Positions 51,434-64,000 of a stretch of 64,000 nucleotides of DNA are shown here, piece after piece. How positions within the stretch are numbered: the first letter of the stretch is position 1; each line of letters begins with the position of its first letter. A model generated the notes under the pieces. That model was given only the letters and a program-made list of their open reading frames with translations, had not been told where the DNA came from and made no database searches. The position numbers and the translations under genes are program-made. Location of the stretch: contig NW_026889785.1 of NCBI RefSeq assembly GCF_033153115.1, positions 3,844,001 through 3,908,000 of the forward strand, in the 5' to 3' direction. The DNA comes from Saccostrea echinata (Eukaryota).

Positions 51434-51448
51434 TGGTGGAGAATCCGG
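51434..51448 (+). promoter_or_regulatory. Primer-binding site, tRNA-Ala-like
   Basis: TGGTGGAGAATCCGG lies 2 nt after the LTR end and is complementary to the ...TTCTCCACCA 3' end typical of tRNA-Ala. Confidence 0.7.
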
Positions 51449-51554
51449 AGGGTAATTTTACCCAGGGCTACTACATATATTTTGTAGTAGTTAGATCCTA
51501 GTACCTCATACAGCCAAGCGAGTTTGCCATCCTTCATACCAGAATTCACAAACC

Positions 51555-52193
51555 ATGGATATTTTTCCATTTGTTCCTGCTTGGATGCGAACAGTCCAAC
51601 CGCGCTTCACCTTGCAACAATGTGGACGCTGCGGATTAAGGCACGTATGGACCGTTTGCAACGCAAGGACGTCAACATGTTTCAGGTGTGGAAGAAGAGG
51701 ACACTATGCACGGATGTGTAGAACACGGAATCCCCAAACCATCTGCGCTGTCTCTTCTATACCGACACGTTCCATCGAAACACAGACGGACGAAACTTGT
51801 ACGGTGCGAAGAAAATCAAAAAGAAAGCAGATCAGAGACAGAGAGAGAATCATCAAATTTCGGACAACCCGTAAAGAAAAATCATGTTTAAGTGAAATGC
51901 CCTTCTCTTCAGTAAGTGTGATTGAAAATCATTCTGAAACTTTGGAAACCCAAGCTGAAAAGTTCCGGGAACAGGCGGCATCCTACAAATCAGATGCTCG
52001 ATTTTATAAAAACAAATGGATGTGTGAGCGGAAAACGTCTCATGTTCGACAGTCAGACAAAGACAAGACTATCAAAGAACTCCGGGAAAAACTCTCAACT
52101 GTAGAAAAGGACCTTGAGGAATCGAAAAAGGTGATAACCGACTTTCAGAGTGACACCAAAAAAAGAAACGGGAACAGATTAATTCCCTCCTGA
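51555..52193 (+). CDS. Gag-like zinc-knuckle / coiled-coil protein
   Basis: CGRCGLRH...C followed by a canonical CFRCGRRGHYARMC (CX2CX4HX4C); C-terminal heptad-like KTIKELREKLSTVEKDLEESKK. Confidence 0.75.
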   Translation: MDIFPFVPAWMRTVQPRFTLQQCGRCGLRHVWTVCNARTSTCFRCGRRGHYARMCRTRNPQTICAVSSIPTRSIETQTDETCTVRRKSKRKQIRDRERIIKFRTTRKEKSCLSEMPFSSVSVIENHSETLETQAEKFREQAASYKSDARFYKNKWMCERKTSHVRQSDKDKTIKELREKLSTVEKDLEESKKVITDFQSDTKKRNGNRLIPS

Positions 52194-52780
52194 AAGATAA
52201 AGAGTTTCATTCCTCAAGGAAAGCAATCTACAGTGGACCGCCCCGTGGAGCCAGGAAACAGGATCCAAGGATTTCAAATATTGTCAGAAGTATGCCCGAC
52301 AACACGAGACAAACTTGGAAACACGAGGACGTGTTTCGGGGGGCAAAGGGGTACTGTGACCGTGTGAAATGAACAGATTTTGAGTGACAATTATTTTCTT
52401 TGATATAGTGCTAATAATAACATAATTATAGACCTTGACCGCAAGACATTTGATGCCACCTGTACCTGAGTTAACATGTTAATTATTATTCAATTATATC
52501 AATTATGTCAATTATGTCCTTCTGCCCAGAGTTACTCGGTTTTGTAATTACTTCTTGCATTGTTCTTATAAATTGGTAGTTTAATACAAGATCTTCAGTT
52601 GGAAACTGGACCTTGCACTGTCCACGCCGACTCTCAGATCGTGTAGAAAACGCGAAGTTTTGGATCGTAATAAATTATTAATCGAAGTACCGACCTGTGC
52701 ATTTCTACCGGTCATATTCACCACATTGAATTAGAAGAGCAATCAACGTACATCACAACATTCACAACCCATTCACAAAC

Positions 52781-53238
52781 CCGGAAGCTCCTGGGTTTTC
52801 GTGTATTTTAAGAGTAAAACCAGGCACAATAATAGGGGTATTGGTTAGTTTATATTTACCAAAGTTTGGCATTATTAATACTAGTCATATCATACTTTGA
52901 ATAGAGGGGGCCCAGCCCCCGGAAGCTCCTGGTTTTTTGTGTATTTTAAGAGTAAAACTAGGCACAATAATAGGGGTATTGGTTAGTTTATATTTACCAA
53001 AGTTTGGCATTATTAATACTAGTCATATCATACTTTGAATAGAGGGGGCCCAGGGGGCGAAGCCCCCGGAAGCTCCTGGGTTTTCGTGTATTTTAAGAGT
53101 AAAACCAGGCACAAAATTAGCGGTATTGGTTTGTTATATACCAAAGTATGGCATTATTGATATTAGTCGTATCATACTTTGAAAATTTTAGGGGGGCGTA
53201 CGCCCCCCACGCCCCCCCCCCCCTTAAATCCGCCAGTG
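52781..53238 (+). repeat. MITE relic with three ~140-bp tandem units
   Basis: CCGGAAGCTCCTGG...TATCATACTTTGAA at 52781, 52919 and 53066; end CCTTAAATCCGCCAGTG. Confidence 0.85.
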
Positions 53239-54334
53239 CCTACACCAGTGGTAATAACACCAGAATTAACAATATTTTCTTTAGAATTACATAAAATTTT
53301 ATTAATAATCTACTCTGTATCACAAGTAACTCTTGTTGGGTCAAGAATACTTCGATAAAAACTAAATAAATTTAAGATGTCCATATCAGATTTGCATACT
53401 GTAATACATGGTTGCTTTTTTTCTGGGTATACAGATATTGATGTCCTCAATAATGATTTGTTTCACAGTCTGTGCGTAGATCTACTTCCCAGTGGTCATT
53501 AAAAGAAGTTTGGGTGGGTGGACGATAACAAACTCCAACAATAATAGGTTTAGCTTTTGGTAAATAAAGTGCTAACCATAGCGACTCCAAATTTTCGTTG
53601 TCTATTGACTTAATAGCTCTATCAATACACCTCTAGAATTTACCCATTTGTATGTTGGAAATTTATGATATACGCCCTACTTTTTCTTTTATAAGAATAA
53701 GTACATTAAAAATGGCGGGAAAAGATGAACTTTGTTGTCACATTTCAAAATTTATAGCATTTTGATCATATTAAAACTTAACAATAAAGTTCACGAGTAT
53801 AGCTGTCCAAAGCAAAGCTATATATAACCGTAAAATTAAGAAGTTAATTTACGGAGCCATTTGAGGCACTTATCATATATTGCTATTTTTTAAGAATCGG
53901 TGAGTACCACGAATCAATAAAATACCAGGCTATTTTGTTATTTTATTTATATATTGTAGTCAATCTCATTGACAATATAAAACGTTGAAATATGGAATCT
54001 TCGGAATAAAAATTTCAGAATCGATGTGAATATGACTTTTTATACTGATATAAATTTCGAAGGCTACAGAAATGAATCTGGCAATACTGGAGGTCAGAAA
54101 ATTCACAGACTATTCGGGGACACGCCCAAGTTAATGCTGCTTCTTCGTCAAGTTTTTAATAACAGCCACAGTGATATACACGAGTATTTTAAGGAATGAC
54201 TTATTTTAGAAAGGAGTTTTGAAACTCGGACATAAATCTACTCGATTAAACTGTATACCTGTAACACAGGTGAATCCTGAGTGGTTCAATCTTCTTAAAA
54301 TTAATGTACCTGGGAGTATTCTTACAGTATCAAA

Positions 54335-54907
54335 ACTGTAGAAGGAGTAGCAATTTGAATGTATTTGACAGATATTTATATTTTTAGAAACCATGGCAAC
54401 ACCGTTCACTGAAATCAAAAACTGATACACAGAATTATGTATCTTAGTGTAGTATACTTGTGTGCCTAGTTATATTGAAATCAGACCAAAACTGTGGGAG
54501 GAATAGCATTTTGAAAGTATTTCACTGAAAATCTATTTTTTTAGTAACCATGGCAACACCATTCATCAAAATCAAAAACCAATACATAGAATTGTGTATC
54601 TTAGTGTATTCTACTTGTGTGCCAAGTTATATTGAAATCGGACCAAAACTGTAGGAGGAGTAGCATTTTGAAAGTATTTCACAGAAATTCTAGTTTTTAG
54701 TAACCATGGCAACACCGTTCATCAAAATTAAACACCGATATACAGAATTATGTATCTTAGTGTAGTCTACATGTGTGCCAAGTTATACTGAAATCAGACT
54801 AAAACTGAACAGGGATTAGCATTTTGAAAAATTGTTTTCAGACAGACAGACGACGGACAACTTACTATCGCATAAGCTCTTCTGGTCTCTAACCAGTAGA
54901 GCTAAAA
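54335..54907 (+). mobile_element. Helentron-type element 3' part with ~127-bp tandem units
   Basis: AACCATGGCAACACC...AAAACTG...TAGCATTTTGAAA occurs 3 times, followed by (CAGA)n and the end hairpin AGCTCTTCTGG...CCAGTAGAGCTAAAA. Confidence 0.8.
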
Positions 54908-56197
54908 CAAGAAATGCATAAAGCCAAATTGTTTACGATTTAAAAATTATATTAGAGATTCTGAACTTCCATTAGATATAGTAAAAACTACTACATCTCT
55001 TTCTGAAAAATACCACCGTAGAAATTAATTAAACCAGTAGTTAATAAATCCCTATCCGAACTAAAGAAATCAGAAACAAATCCTCTTGTTTTTCAACAAA
55101 AATTAGCCGAAATAAAACAATCTAAACATCCTACAGTACTTTACACAGATGGTTCAAAGGTCAGAGGCAGGGTTGCTGCTGCTGCAGTGGTCAATAATAA
55201 TGCTTTTTTCTACACGACTTCCAAACGAAGCAGCGATTTTTACAGCTAAAGCAAAAGCTATACAACTAGCTTTTGAATATATAAAATTCTTTTACAATAT
55301 TTTCACACTCGCTTTCATGTTTAAAGTCCATACACAATATGAAGACTGATCATCCATACATTTTGGGTATATTAAATAAGTTCTATCATCTCACTAAACA
55401 AGGTAAAAATGTCGAATTTTGTTGGATTCCGAGTCATATTGGTATTACGGGTAATAACACGGCTGATAGTTCTGCAAAAGCTGCTCTTCAATATGAAATT
55501 GTACCTTTTAAAATTCCTTACACTGATCTTAAGTACGTAGTGAAACTTTACATAAATATTTTGGGATTTTTGTGATAATAATAAACTGTATACCATACAA
55601 AACAAAGTTAATCAATCATCCGACTTTGGCCTGAAACGTCAGAGCGAAGTCATTATTTCAAGAATAAGAATAAGAATTGGACATTCTAGGTTTACCCATT
55701 CATATTTACTGAGCGGGGAACAACAACCTGAATGCATATCTTGTGACGGTGCAATAAACCATATATTGTTAGAATATTCTGATTTTACGCTTGTTCGAAA
55801 TAAACTTTTTAATGGTGTTCAAACGCATGATCTTTTTACAATTGTAAGTCCTAGTACAATTTTACAATACTTGCAAGAAACTGATTTTTACAATAAGATT
55901 TAATGTATATATTATTATTGGCATTTTTGTAGTTTTCAATTTAACTGTTTTTTATTTTTAAATTTGAAGTCCGTCGGATGGGACGTAAAACGGTGTCCCG
56001 TGTCAAGGATTACAACCCCCTTGGCACGCTAAAGATCGTTTCTCTGGTTTTCGGAAAAGAGTAGGCTCATTGGGGGCCACCAGAGAAACCCAAAAACTTT
56101 CAAAACCGTTTATACAGTATTTAAATTCATACCGCCGAAATATGGCTGAAATATTGCCGACTCGGCGTAAAACAACAATAATCAATCAATCAATCAA
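54908..56197 (+). mobile_element. Second 5'-truncated, degenerate copy of the I/Nimb-like LINE family seen at 1-1657
   Basis: Collinear with ~340-1657: YTDGSK, RLPNEAAIFTAKAKAI, WIPSHIGITGN, stop at 55901-55903, and the same 3' UTR and (AATC)n tail. Confidence 0.92.
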
Positions 56198-57115
56198 GTG
56201 TGACGACAACATCTTTGCCAAAGACAATTGCATCATCTAAATAAGAAGGACATTTTTTCAAGGAGACATTTCTGAAGATGGAATCCAAAAGCATTTCAAA
56301 AGTGGCGGATGCATTTGTTAACCCAAAGGGCATTACTGTAAACTGAAATAATCCCCTATGTGATGTAAATGCTGTCTTATCTTTAGCTTGTTCATGCATC
56401 TTGATCTGCCAATAGCTACTGGCAAGATCAATAGTACAAAAGCATACTTGACCTGAAAGGGTAACTAATGTCTCGTCAATGCGAGGAAGAGGGTAAGCAT
56501 CTTTTTTGTGTTACCGAATTTAATTTTCTTAAGTCTATACAAATTCTTAGTGTGCAATCTTTCATTATAACTAAACATATGTTTGCGGACCATGGGTTAT
56601 TACTGGGTTCAATAATTTTATCTTCTAACTTTTTATCAATTTCTTTCTCTTATGATTTCTTTCTGAACCATGGGGTATCTCTGGGTTGCATTTTGATAGG
56701 TGTGTGTTAACCTGTATTGATTATGTGTGTGGTTATGTTGGTCTGCCTTAACTTTTCTCCAGGTTCATGAAAAATGTCCTTGTATTCAAGACTGAGATGT
56801 TTTTGTTCTTCGGTCAAACATGGGTGAACTGTATCTAACACAGGTTGTTAATGCTCTGGAAAATCTTTATCTTTATGCTTGTCAGTGTGAGAATCTGTGC
56901 ATGTACTGGGATTCTTTATTATCCCACTCACACTCCCTATGGTACCATCAATATCTCTTTCAAGGGTTACAGGCTTCTCTCTGGTGTTTATGACTGATAC
57001 AATCACTGCTCCCAAACTTGTTTCACAGAGAGAGCTGTCTAGAAAAAGACCCTTACTTGACAGGCTCTTAGAAGGTTCTATCAGTCCCAACCCTCGAGCA
57101 CAGCTGTTTGTGTAA
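56198..57115 (-). mobile_element. Ty3/Gypsy pol fragment (reverse transcriptase)
   Basis: IDLASSYWQIKMHEQAKDKTAFTSHRGLFQFTVMPFGLTNASATF...YLDDAIVFGKD, with degenerate upstream pol sequence. Confidence 0.9.
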
Positions 57116-57219
57116 CTCTTAAACAGCTTACATTGACCCTAAGATGTTTTCAAAACCTAACAGTAAACTTATGATATGCTTAATATGGCTTTTTAAAAAT
57201 CATTTTATATATACCTTGA

Positions 57220-57563
57220 TTGATTGTATGTTGTTTTACGTCCCATTCAATGATTTTTCACTCCTATAGAGACATCACCATATACCGGTGAAGGGCTTCA
57301 AATTTTGACCTTTACTCGGCACTCAGGGCCATTGAGCAGTGAAGTATCTTTATCGTGCCATTGTCTGCCGTGACATGGGGCCTAGGTTTTCAAGGTCTCG
57401 TCCGAAGGACTCGCAATTTTCACTTCAGTGTGCCGAGGGCATGGCGAAGGAACAATTGCTACCTATATTTTACCGACTTAGGTCAGTCGTGGCCGAGATT
57501 CGAACTCATGACTCCCGGATCTCGGAGCGAGCGCTCTACCGATCGAGCTACCGTGAACGGTAC
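57220..57563 (-). mobile_element. SINE, same family as 22502
   Basis: Full-length match; 11-bp TSD ATATACCTTGA at 57209-57219 and 57564-57574. Confidence 0.92.
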
Positions 57564-58915
57564 ATATACCTTGAAATTTTCTTCCTGTGTATCTAACCAT
57601 GGACAAGCACAAAATTGTCCTTTGAGGACCTGGAAATATGCTTTCTATAAAATGTAACATTTGCACATTAAAACTTGATTACATTGTAAATACATGTGCA
57701 TGGCTGAGTTGAACAATGTCAAGTTTTAAAAACTTTACTGACAGTTGCCAACCCACATTTTAGTGCTGGTAAATAGCACAAACGAAAACCCTGGTCCTCT
57801 ACCCTAAACTGGGCGATATCTTTATGTACAGTGTTTGTAGAACTTTTCTCCAAGAAACACTTTCTCTCAGTGGTCTAAGTTCTTTTACTGCAATAATTCA
57901 TAAAACTATTCTGATCTATGGAATTTATATGACTTAACAGAATGTATTCATTACCAAGAGTTTGTGTTCCAATATCAGAGCATGCTGTAATAATTTTTGA
58001 GTGAAAGTTTTAAATGAATTTAATGATAATAAAATGGCATGGAAAATTAATATTGAAGAACTTGGTTAAGTAAAGTATCATGCATCAAAAAATGATTGAA
58101 TCATTTAGAGGGTATTACTCATCTTGTTGCACAAATTAATAAGCTCACAAACATCTTTTAGAAGTTTCTCTGGAACGATAACTATAGTCCTTGTTGCCAC
58201 TCGCCATTATTGTGGCCAAACAAATCCTGACTGACCTGAGATGCATCCTCTGTCTCGTTAACATAAGTTTCTTGAGAATCCTTTTAAAAGAGATTATTAT
58301 AAATACAGTAAACACGCACTCTGTAAATTCTAGCATTTAAACACATTTTTCACATGAAGACAAATAGGCCTAAGAAATAAAATAAAATCATATTAAAAGT
58401 CACATAAATGTTCTGGGTACTTTCGGCATCTTCGATATTTACATCGTCTGCCAAACTCGTCATAGTGTGACGTAAGACAAAAATATACAGTATTTCCGAA
58501 CTCAATCTAGTCTTAATATTCTCGAAGCAGAATGGAATTTTCAAATGTGTATCTGACAAAAACATCTCTAAATGTATTTCATTACTTCTTGTACCGTATT
58601 TAATCAGTTACTAATTAAAAATGATCTCATCATCTGGACAAACTTTATTCGCTCCATCCCAATTTTGATCGGGCACATAATCTCGCGGGGAAAACATGAT
58701 GTACGCCTAATTCGACTTCCGGTACAAATGGAGAAAGGATTTTCACAGATCTGAACAAAATCCACGGTAATCCTTCACTTTAAAGACAAAAATATGACAG
58801 TAGTATCAGTTCCAGGAATTATTTGAACACTACTTGTCGTACGATCTTCTTTGTGGTTAAAATCAAGAACATTTCGCAATGCCTGGAGGCAAGAATAAAA
58901 GCTTACAGGCCGCAC

Positions 58916-60660
58916 ATGGAGGTAAGAAGCTTGAGAAGGGTAACTTTGTGGAATTGTGCAACTTTATTTAAGACAAATGTAAGGACTTTAAATGTCAGAA
59001 AGACAGCTTCACTATTACAGACACATTAGATGAATTTAGTAGATTCATACAGGACGGTGAAAAACTCCCTGAAGGCGCATCGGAGAAGACGGCACTCTGT
59101 GTCTTGGCCCTATTGTTACCTATCTTAGATGCTATTGTCACTGCAAGAAATAACCATGTTCACACCGACCACGAAATTAAGATAAACAAGATGCAAAGAA
59201 GTATACAGAAAGCAGAGTATGCTCAAGATGATCTCGAGCACAGACCTGTTTACCCATATTGTTGTCTCTCAGTATTTTTTATTAGATTTTTCCGTGAGAT
59301 TTGGAATTTGCCAGCGAGATATCACTTTCCACCGATTTTACATACATTACTAGAGAACAACTACATTTTCTGATTACCATTTCTGTCATTTCTTTTAAAC
59401 CACCGCGATTTGGCAACCCGACATCACTGAAGTGTTTGAAATATTTCTCTTTTTTAGCGATAAACGTCAAACTGAGACAGATCATAACGAAAACTAACTG
59501 CTAAAATCCAAACGAACGGATTTCCGATTTCCGTATTTTCATAATGCCAAAACGTGAGACGTATTTTGAACTCAAACTCCGTACAAAATACGGCGAAATC
59601 GTAAGAGTAAACAGGTCTGCGAGCAATATACTAGGAGAAAACCTGCGCATAACTGGACTTCAGGAGACGGAAAACCAAGGTATAGAAAAACTCGCAGAAG
59701 CGGTGGTGCAAATGGGGAAATCCATGAAGGTCAACATCTCAGCAAACGATATCAGTGCTATTCACAGAATGGGGAAGAAAACCAACCCATAAAAGAGCCG
59801 GCAAATCATTGTTCGCTTTGTGAATAGAACCATCCGTAATGGATTCCTTGTCTCCCGGAAAGAATTAATACAAGAACATTTTTATTATTGAGGACTTAAC
59901 CCAGCATAGATTTAGACTGTTGCACTTAGTAAAAAGACTCCGATGATGTCAGGTCGGCCCTCACCCGTGATGGGAAAATTCATGCCAACCTAAAGAATCG
60001 GTCAAAGGTTCTTAATGAAATCTCAGACGATTTGTTCAAGCTCGGCATCGACAATGTTGACTTTGCTAAACTTTTGGAAGGAGTACAGATTCCCCAACTA
60101 ACAAACCCAACTGTGTGCATGTACTTTGTTAAAATGTCTGCGGTACTGGTTCTAAATTAAGAAATCCTGATTTTATTGAATTCATAAATAGTTATGATAT
60201 GGTTTGCCTCACTGAAACAAAATAAGATTTTTATGATAAAATTCATATTGACGGATACAAGTTATTATCACAAGTAAACAGAGTTAATTGTAAAACACGT
60301 TCTGGTGGTATTTGTGTTTTTATATGTGAAACCCTTCTTGGATATGTCAGTGTTTTTAAAGGTAAATCTGCATGTTTTGATTGTGTTTTATGGTTTTCTG
60401 TTGATTCATTATTTAAAAAAAAACTTTTTCAGTGTTGTTTACATACCACCTGAAAGAAGTGTTTATAGCAATATTGAATTGTTCAATGAAATTGAAACTT
60501 TTTTAATTGAAAATGTTGACATAAACAATGATTATTTTTTGTTTACTTGGTGATTTTAATGCTTAAACAAGCAATTGGAAAGAATTTGTTGATATAAACA
60601 AGGATATTCTTGACTCATGCAATATCGCATTGGATGATGTAACCAACAAAAATTTAAAAT
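58916..60660 (+). mobile_element. CR1/L2-like LINE 5' relic: ORF1 plus the start of the AP endonuclease
   Basis: ORF1-like NLRITGLQETE...DISAIHRMGKK...RQIIVRFVNR...IEDLT. APE-like NVCG...DFIEFINSYDMVCLTETK...RSGGICV...VVYIPPE...GDFNA, broken by stops and frameshifts. Confidence 0.75.
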
Positions 60661-60759
60661 CCCGTTGGGTAGGGGACGATGCTGCATCTTTCAATTCAGC
60701 ATAGTGATGAAAGTTTTATGTCTGTCACCACATACCAAAGTGGTCAAACTTCTCTTAAA

Positions 60760-60875
60760 TCCAGCCAATGTAAAAAGTGCCGAGCAAGGAACAGCTGCTA
60801 CCTATTTTTTATCGACTTACGTCAGTCGCGGCCCAGATTTGAACTCACGGCCTTCCGATAACGGAGCGAACACAA
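60760..60875 (-). mobile_element. SINE head fragment (22502 family)
   Basis: AAGTGCCGAGC...AAGGAACAGCTGCTACCTATTTTTATCGACTTA...GATTTGAACTCACG. Confidence 0.7.
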
Positions 60876-61520
60876 TTCGTTAAGAAAGAAACTGAAAAGA
60901 ATTTGACAGCAAAGCTTACGGATCTTCTGCTTCTTTCTTGTTGTCTGTTGACAAAGTAAACTGTACAGAACAATATGTTTCATAACCGGATGAGTAACAC
61001 ACTAATTGATTTGGGGAAAGACTGCTTGGACATCTTCAATTTTTTCACGAATTGCATCTGACAAACAAGGGTTTATCAACATTTACATCGACTTAAGATT
61101 TGCACTCTGCTTTGTTGATTCTGCCTTCTTTGGTGACAGTATTAGAGTCAACTATTCTCGCAAAACAAGTCTTTTATGTGACCAACTATTGTTGCCGTTG
61201 TTTGCTTGGTTGATATTACACTTTAGTTGTCTGAAAAAGTCCTTTTGATAAATATTGATTTTTTTTAGCTTTTGTTGACTTTAAAGTGTCCAGTCCAAGG
61301 ACCATTGCTACCTACGTAGCTATTAGTAGCTACCTAAGTATTTAAACCTACTTGAAGTAGCACTTCTACCTACTTTTACCTGTGTTTGAAAATAATATCA
61401 AATAATAATTACGAAAATGAATCTTTTAAAAAAGTTTCGCGTGTTTTTTATCGTCTTGTGCATTTGTATAGAAAAATACAGGGTGTTAATTTGAAAACTT
61501 TTTGAAGGTGGAGAATGGAG

Positions 61521-61860
61521 ATTGATTGATTGCATGTTGTTTCAAGTCCCAATCGCGAATTTTTCACTCATGTAGAGACGTCTACATATACCGGTGAAGG
61601 GCTTTACATTTTGACCTTTATTCGGCACTCGGAGCCATTGAGCAGTGAGGGATCTTTATAGTGCCAGCGCCTGCCATGACACGGGGCCTCGGTTTTAAAG
61701 GTCTCATCCGAAGGACCCGCAACTTTCGCTTCAAAGTGCAGAGCGCATGGCGAAGGAACAGTACCCATTTTTTATCGACTTAGGTCAGGCGCGGCCGAGA
61801 TTCCAACTCACGGCCTCCCGATCAGGGAGCGAGCGCTCTACCGACTGAGCTACCGTGAAC
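61521..61860 (-). mobile_element. SINE, same family as 22502
   Basis: Near-full-length match from the (ATTG)n tail to CTACCGTGAAC. Confidence 0.9.
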
Positions 61861-62478
61861 TTTTTGGGGAGTAGAGTGGAAATCTCAAATACATTTAATC
61901 TAAAAATGCTTGAAGATATTAGAAACTGATACAGGTCTGTAAGACATTTTGGACTTTATTTTGATCCTGGCTATCAAAATATGAATCCTGATGTATTTTT
62001 TATGCAAAATTGATAAATCAGAAAGTGTTCTTTTTTTGTCAGAATTTTTTGTGGTATTCATCATCGGTGTGACAAATTCATTTTAATACTCTATTCATAT
62101 TACAGGATCAAATAAATCTCTTACATAACTTGCCACTTGTCAATGAATGAACTGGATTGGCTTCTTTCAGGTCTTTCAATTTTGAAAGTTGCACATATGC
62201 TGCAGTAGTCCTGGCTGACTCTGAAGGAGGAACACTCTACATGGTTATGTAGTGCAAGAAGAGGCTCCTAGGAGATGAGCGGTTTCCATGAGAAAAAGCA
62301 AAGCCACAACATGTACATATGGGGATCGTAACCTATAATTGTACATTTCAATCATAATCGTATTGTTTATTAGAGAATTTATGAAATATATGTAAGGCAC
62401 GCATTCCTAGTAATTGTAAGCAGTACTGGTACTGTCATTCCAAAAAATCAAACATGGTTATAAGTTCATATTAAAAAG

Positions 62479-63345
62479 ATGCTTAAGTTTCTGATTGACA
62501 ATATTTATGTGGTTTTTGAAGACCAGGTCTTCCAACATTCTATTGGAATTCCCAATGGTATCAACTGCACCCCGTCATTAACAGACCTATTTTTGTATTC
62601 ATATGAAGCAGAATTTGTTCAAAATCTTATATGTGAAAAGAAGAAATCACTTGCTGTGGCCTTCAACTCGACATTTAAATGACGTACTGTCAATTAACAA
62701 TAGCTATTTCCCCATTCTTATGTTGACATGATATATCCCGTTGAGCTTGAAATAAAAGATACCACAGAGTCTGGCACATCTGTTTCATATTTGGATATTA
62801 TACTAGAAAAAGATGTTAATGGTAATCTATCAACAAATCTTCATGATAAATGTCATGACTATAACTTTTCAATCGTCAACTTCCCTTAATTATGCAGCAA
62901 TATACCATAATCACCTGCATACGGGGTATATATCTCTCAGTTGATTCGATACGCAAGAACATGCTCTACGTATGAACAATTTCTAAAACGAGGTAATTTA
63001 TTGACAGACAAGTTGATGAAACAAGAATATCAGCAGTCTCGTCTCGTTGTAAGTCATCATTTCGTAAGTTCTACGGTCGATACAATGACCTTGTCAGCAA
63101 TGTCTATTGTCATTATAATGTCAGTAAATACAATCTATCATTGAGTCAATGATGACTGACGTGTTAGACCATTATTTACACAATGAATTACCGACAAACA
63201 TCATATGACAGCGAGCACACGGCGGATGTGACCTGCTCACTCCTCCATAGCACGTGATCCCACCTCTGATGTTTTAGAGGTCCGTGTTTGCTCTCCTCCT
63301 AATTTGTATTATCTGAATGGACTTTTGAGCTTGAATACTGTTCGT
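62479..63345 (+). mobile_element. Penelope-like retroelement RT fragment with 3' non-coding end
   Basis: MLKFLIDNIYV...GIPNGINCTPSLTDLFLYSYEAEF...FNSTF, IYP.ELEIKDTT, SYLD, NFSIVNFP, PAYGVYISQLIRYARTC, FRKFYGRY. The YIDD motif is deleted and no GIY-YIG is seen. Confidence 0.75.
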
Positions 63346-64000
63346 TAAGTCCATAGATTTGCAAACTGTTAGGTAGTAAGTTAACTTAAGTCGTTTGTGG
63401 GCACACTTGCCCAGATAGGTAAAGTTTATCATTATTCAGTTCAATCAATTGTGACTTTAAAATTACATACCCCGCTGTGCATGTATAATATGACGACTTG
63501 ATGGCTCTTGTCTCCCTCTCAACACATATCCAAATCTTGTGTGGGTCATCCTTAACATGTGGGATGATGAGCTCTAAAATCTAACAAGACACATTGATTT
63601 CTTTGAAAATGTCATGATGAGAAATCTCTCCAGTTTGACCAGCATGAACGAAAGACTGTCTTTTCCCTAATTTATATTGTTGAGGAACTGTGTCATGTTA
63701 GGGTTGTCGTCACACACACCAGCATGTTCAACAATATCGCTTAGAGCTGAACACGATTCATAAAAGGAATGTGTCCGCCATATTTGTTTGGTTTCTCGCT
63801 ATATCTGAGGGCCCCTATATAAAGCCGCTGACTTGGTCACTGTTCAGTGTAATCAATCGTCACTGGTGTAACGGAAGTATGCTATACAGCACTCGGTAGC
63901 GGCAATATATAACTCTAATGCAGGAGAGTAAGATAGTACCAAAGAAACTTACAACAGTGCCACAGGTCAGTGCAGTTTACAAACAAACACTAATACACGT

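Larger units (their letters stand above)
46867..52716 (+). mobile_element. Non-autonomous gag-only LTR retrotransposon with a split 5' LTR
   Basis: 5' LTR = 46867-~47172 plus ~51369-51431; 3' LTR = 52355-52716 (TGTGACCG...CGGTCATA). PBS TGGTGGAGAATCCGG at 51434, PPT GGGGGGCAAAGGGG at 52338-52351, and a single internal gag-like ORF. Confidence 0.88.

Noticed and set aside
62479-63600. Hammerhead ribozyme associated with the Penelope-like relic
   Set aside because: I could not find a CTGANGA...GAAA core with supporting stems.
63690-64000. Possible LTR start (TGTCATG..., TATATAAAG at ~63816)
   Set aside because: No partner LTR, PBS or ORF lies within the window.

Overview
This is AT-rich eukaryotic DNA with GT-AG introns. 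It is most likely from a bivalve (oyster-like), inferred from Cg170-like ~166-bp satellite units inside Helentron-type elements and from tRNA-derived SINEs with Meta/Deu-like cores. I recognise no intact host gene; the window is almost entirely nested, mostly degraded mobile DNA. Main structures: (1) a ~16-kb DNA transposon (23864-39907) with 224-bp TIRs ending TAC...GTA. It carries two convergent intron-containing genes: an IS3/IS481-like (IS3EU-type) DDE transposase on the - strand and a HECT E3 ubiquitin ligase on the + strand. (2) A frameshifted, divergent RAG1/Transib-like transposase (3304-6272) facing an OB-fold gene relic. (3) An open 175-codon Polinton/Maverick major capsid fragment. 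(4) A gag-only LTR element whose 5' LTR is split by a 4.2-kb insertion. (5) Two RNase H-bearing I/Nimb-like LINE 3' ends whose 3' UTR carries the same core as the local SINEs. There are also relics of DIRS, BEL/Pao, Gypsy, CR1/L2-like and Penelope-like elements, several SINEs and MITEs, and a homeodomain + HMG-box gene relic. All family calls come from manual motif recognition; no searches were run.
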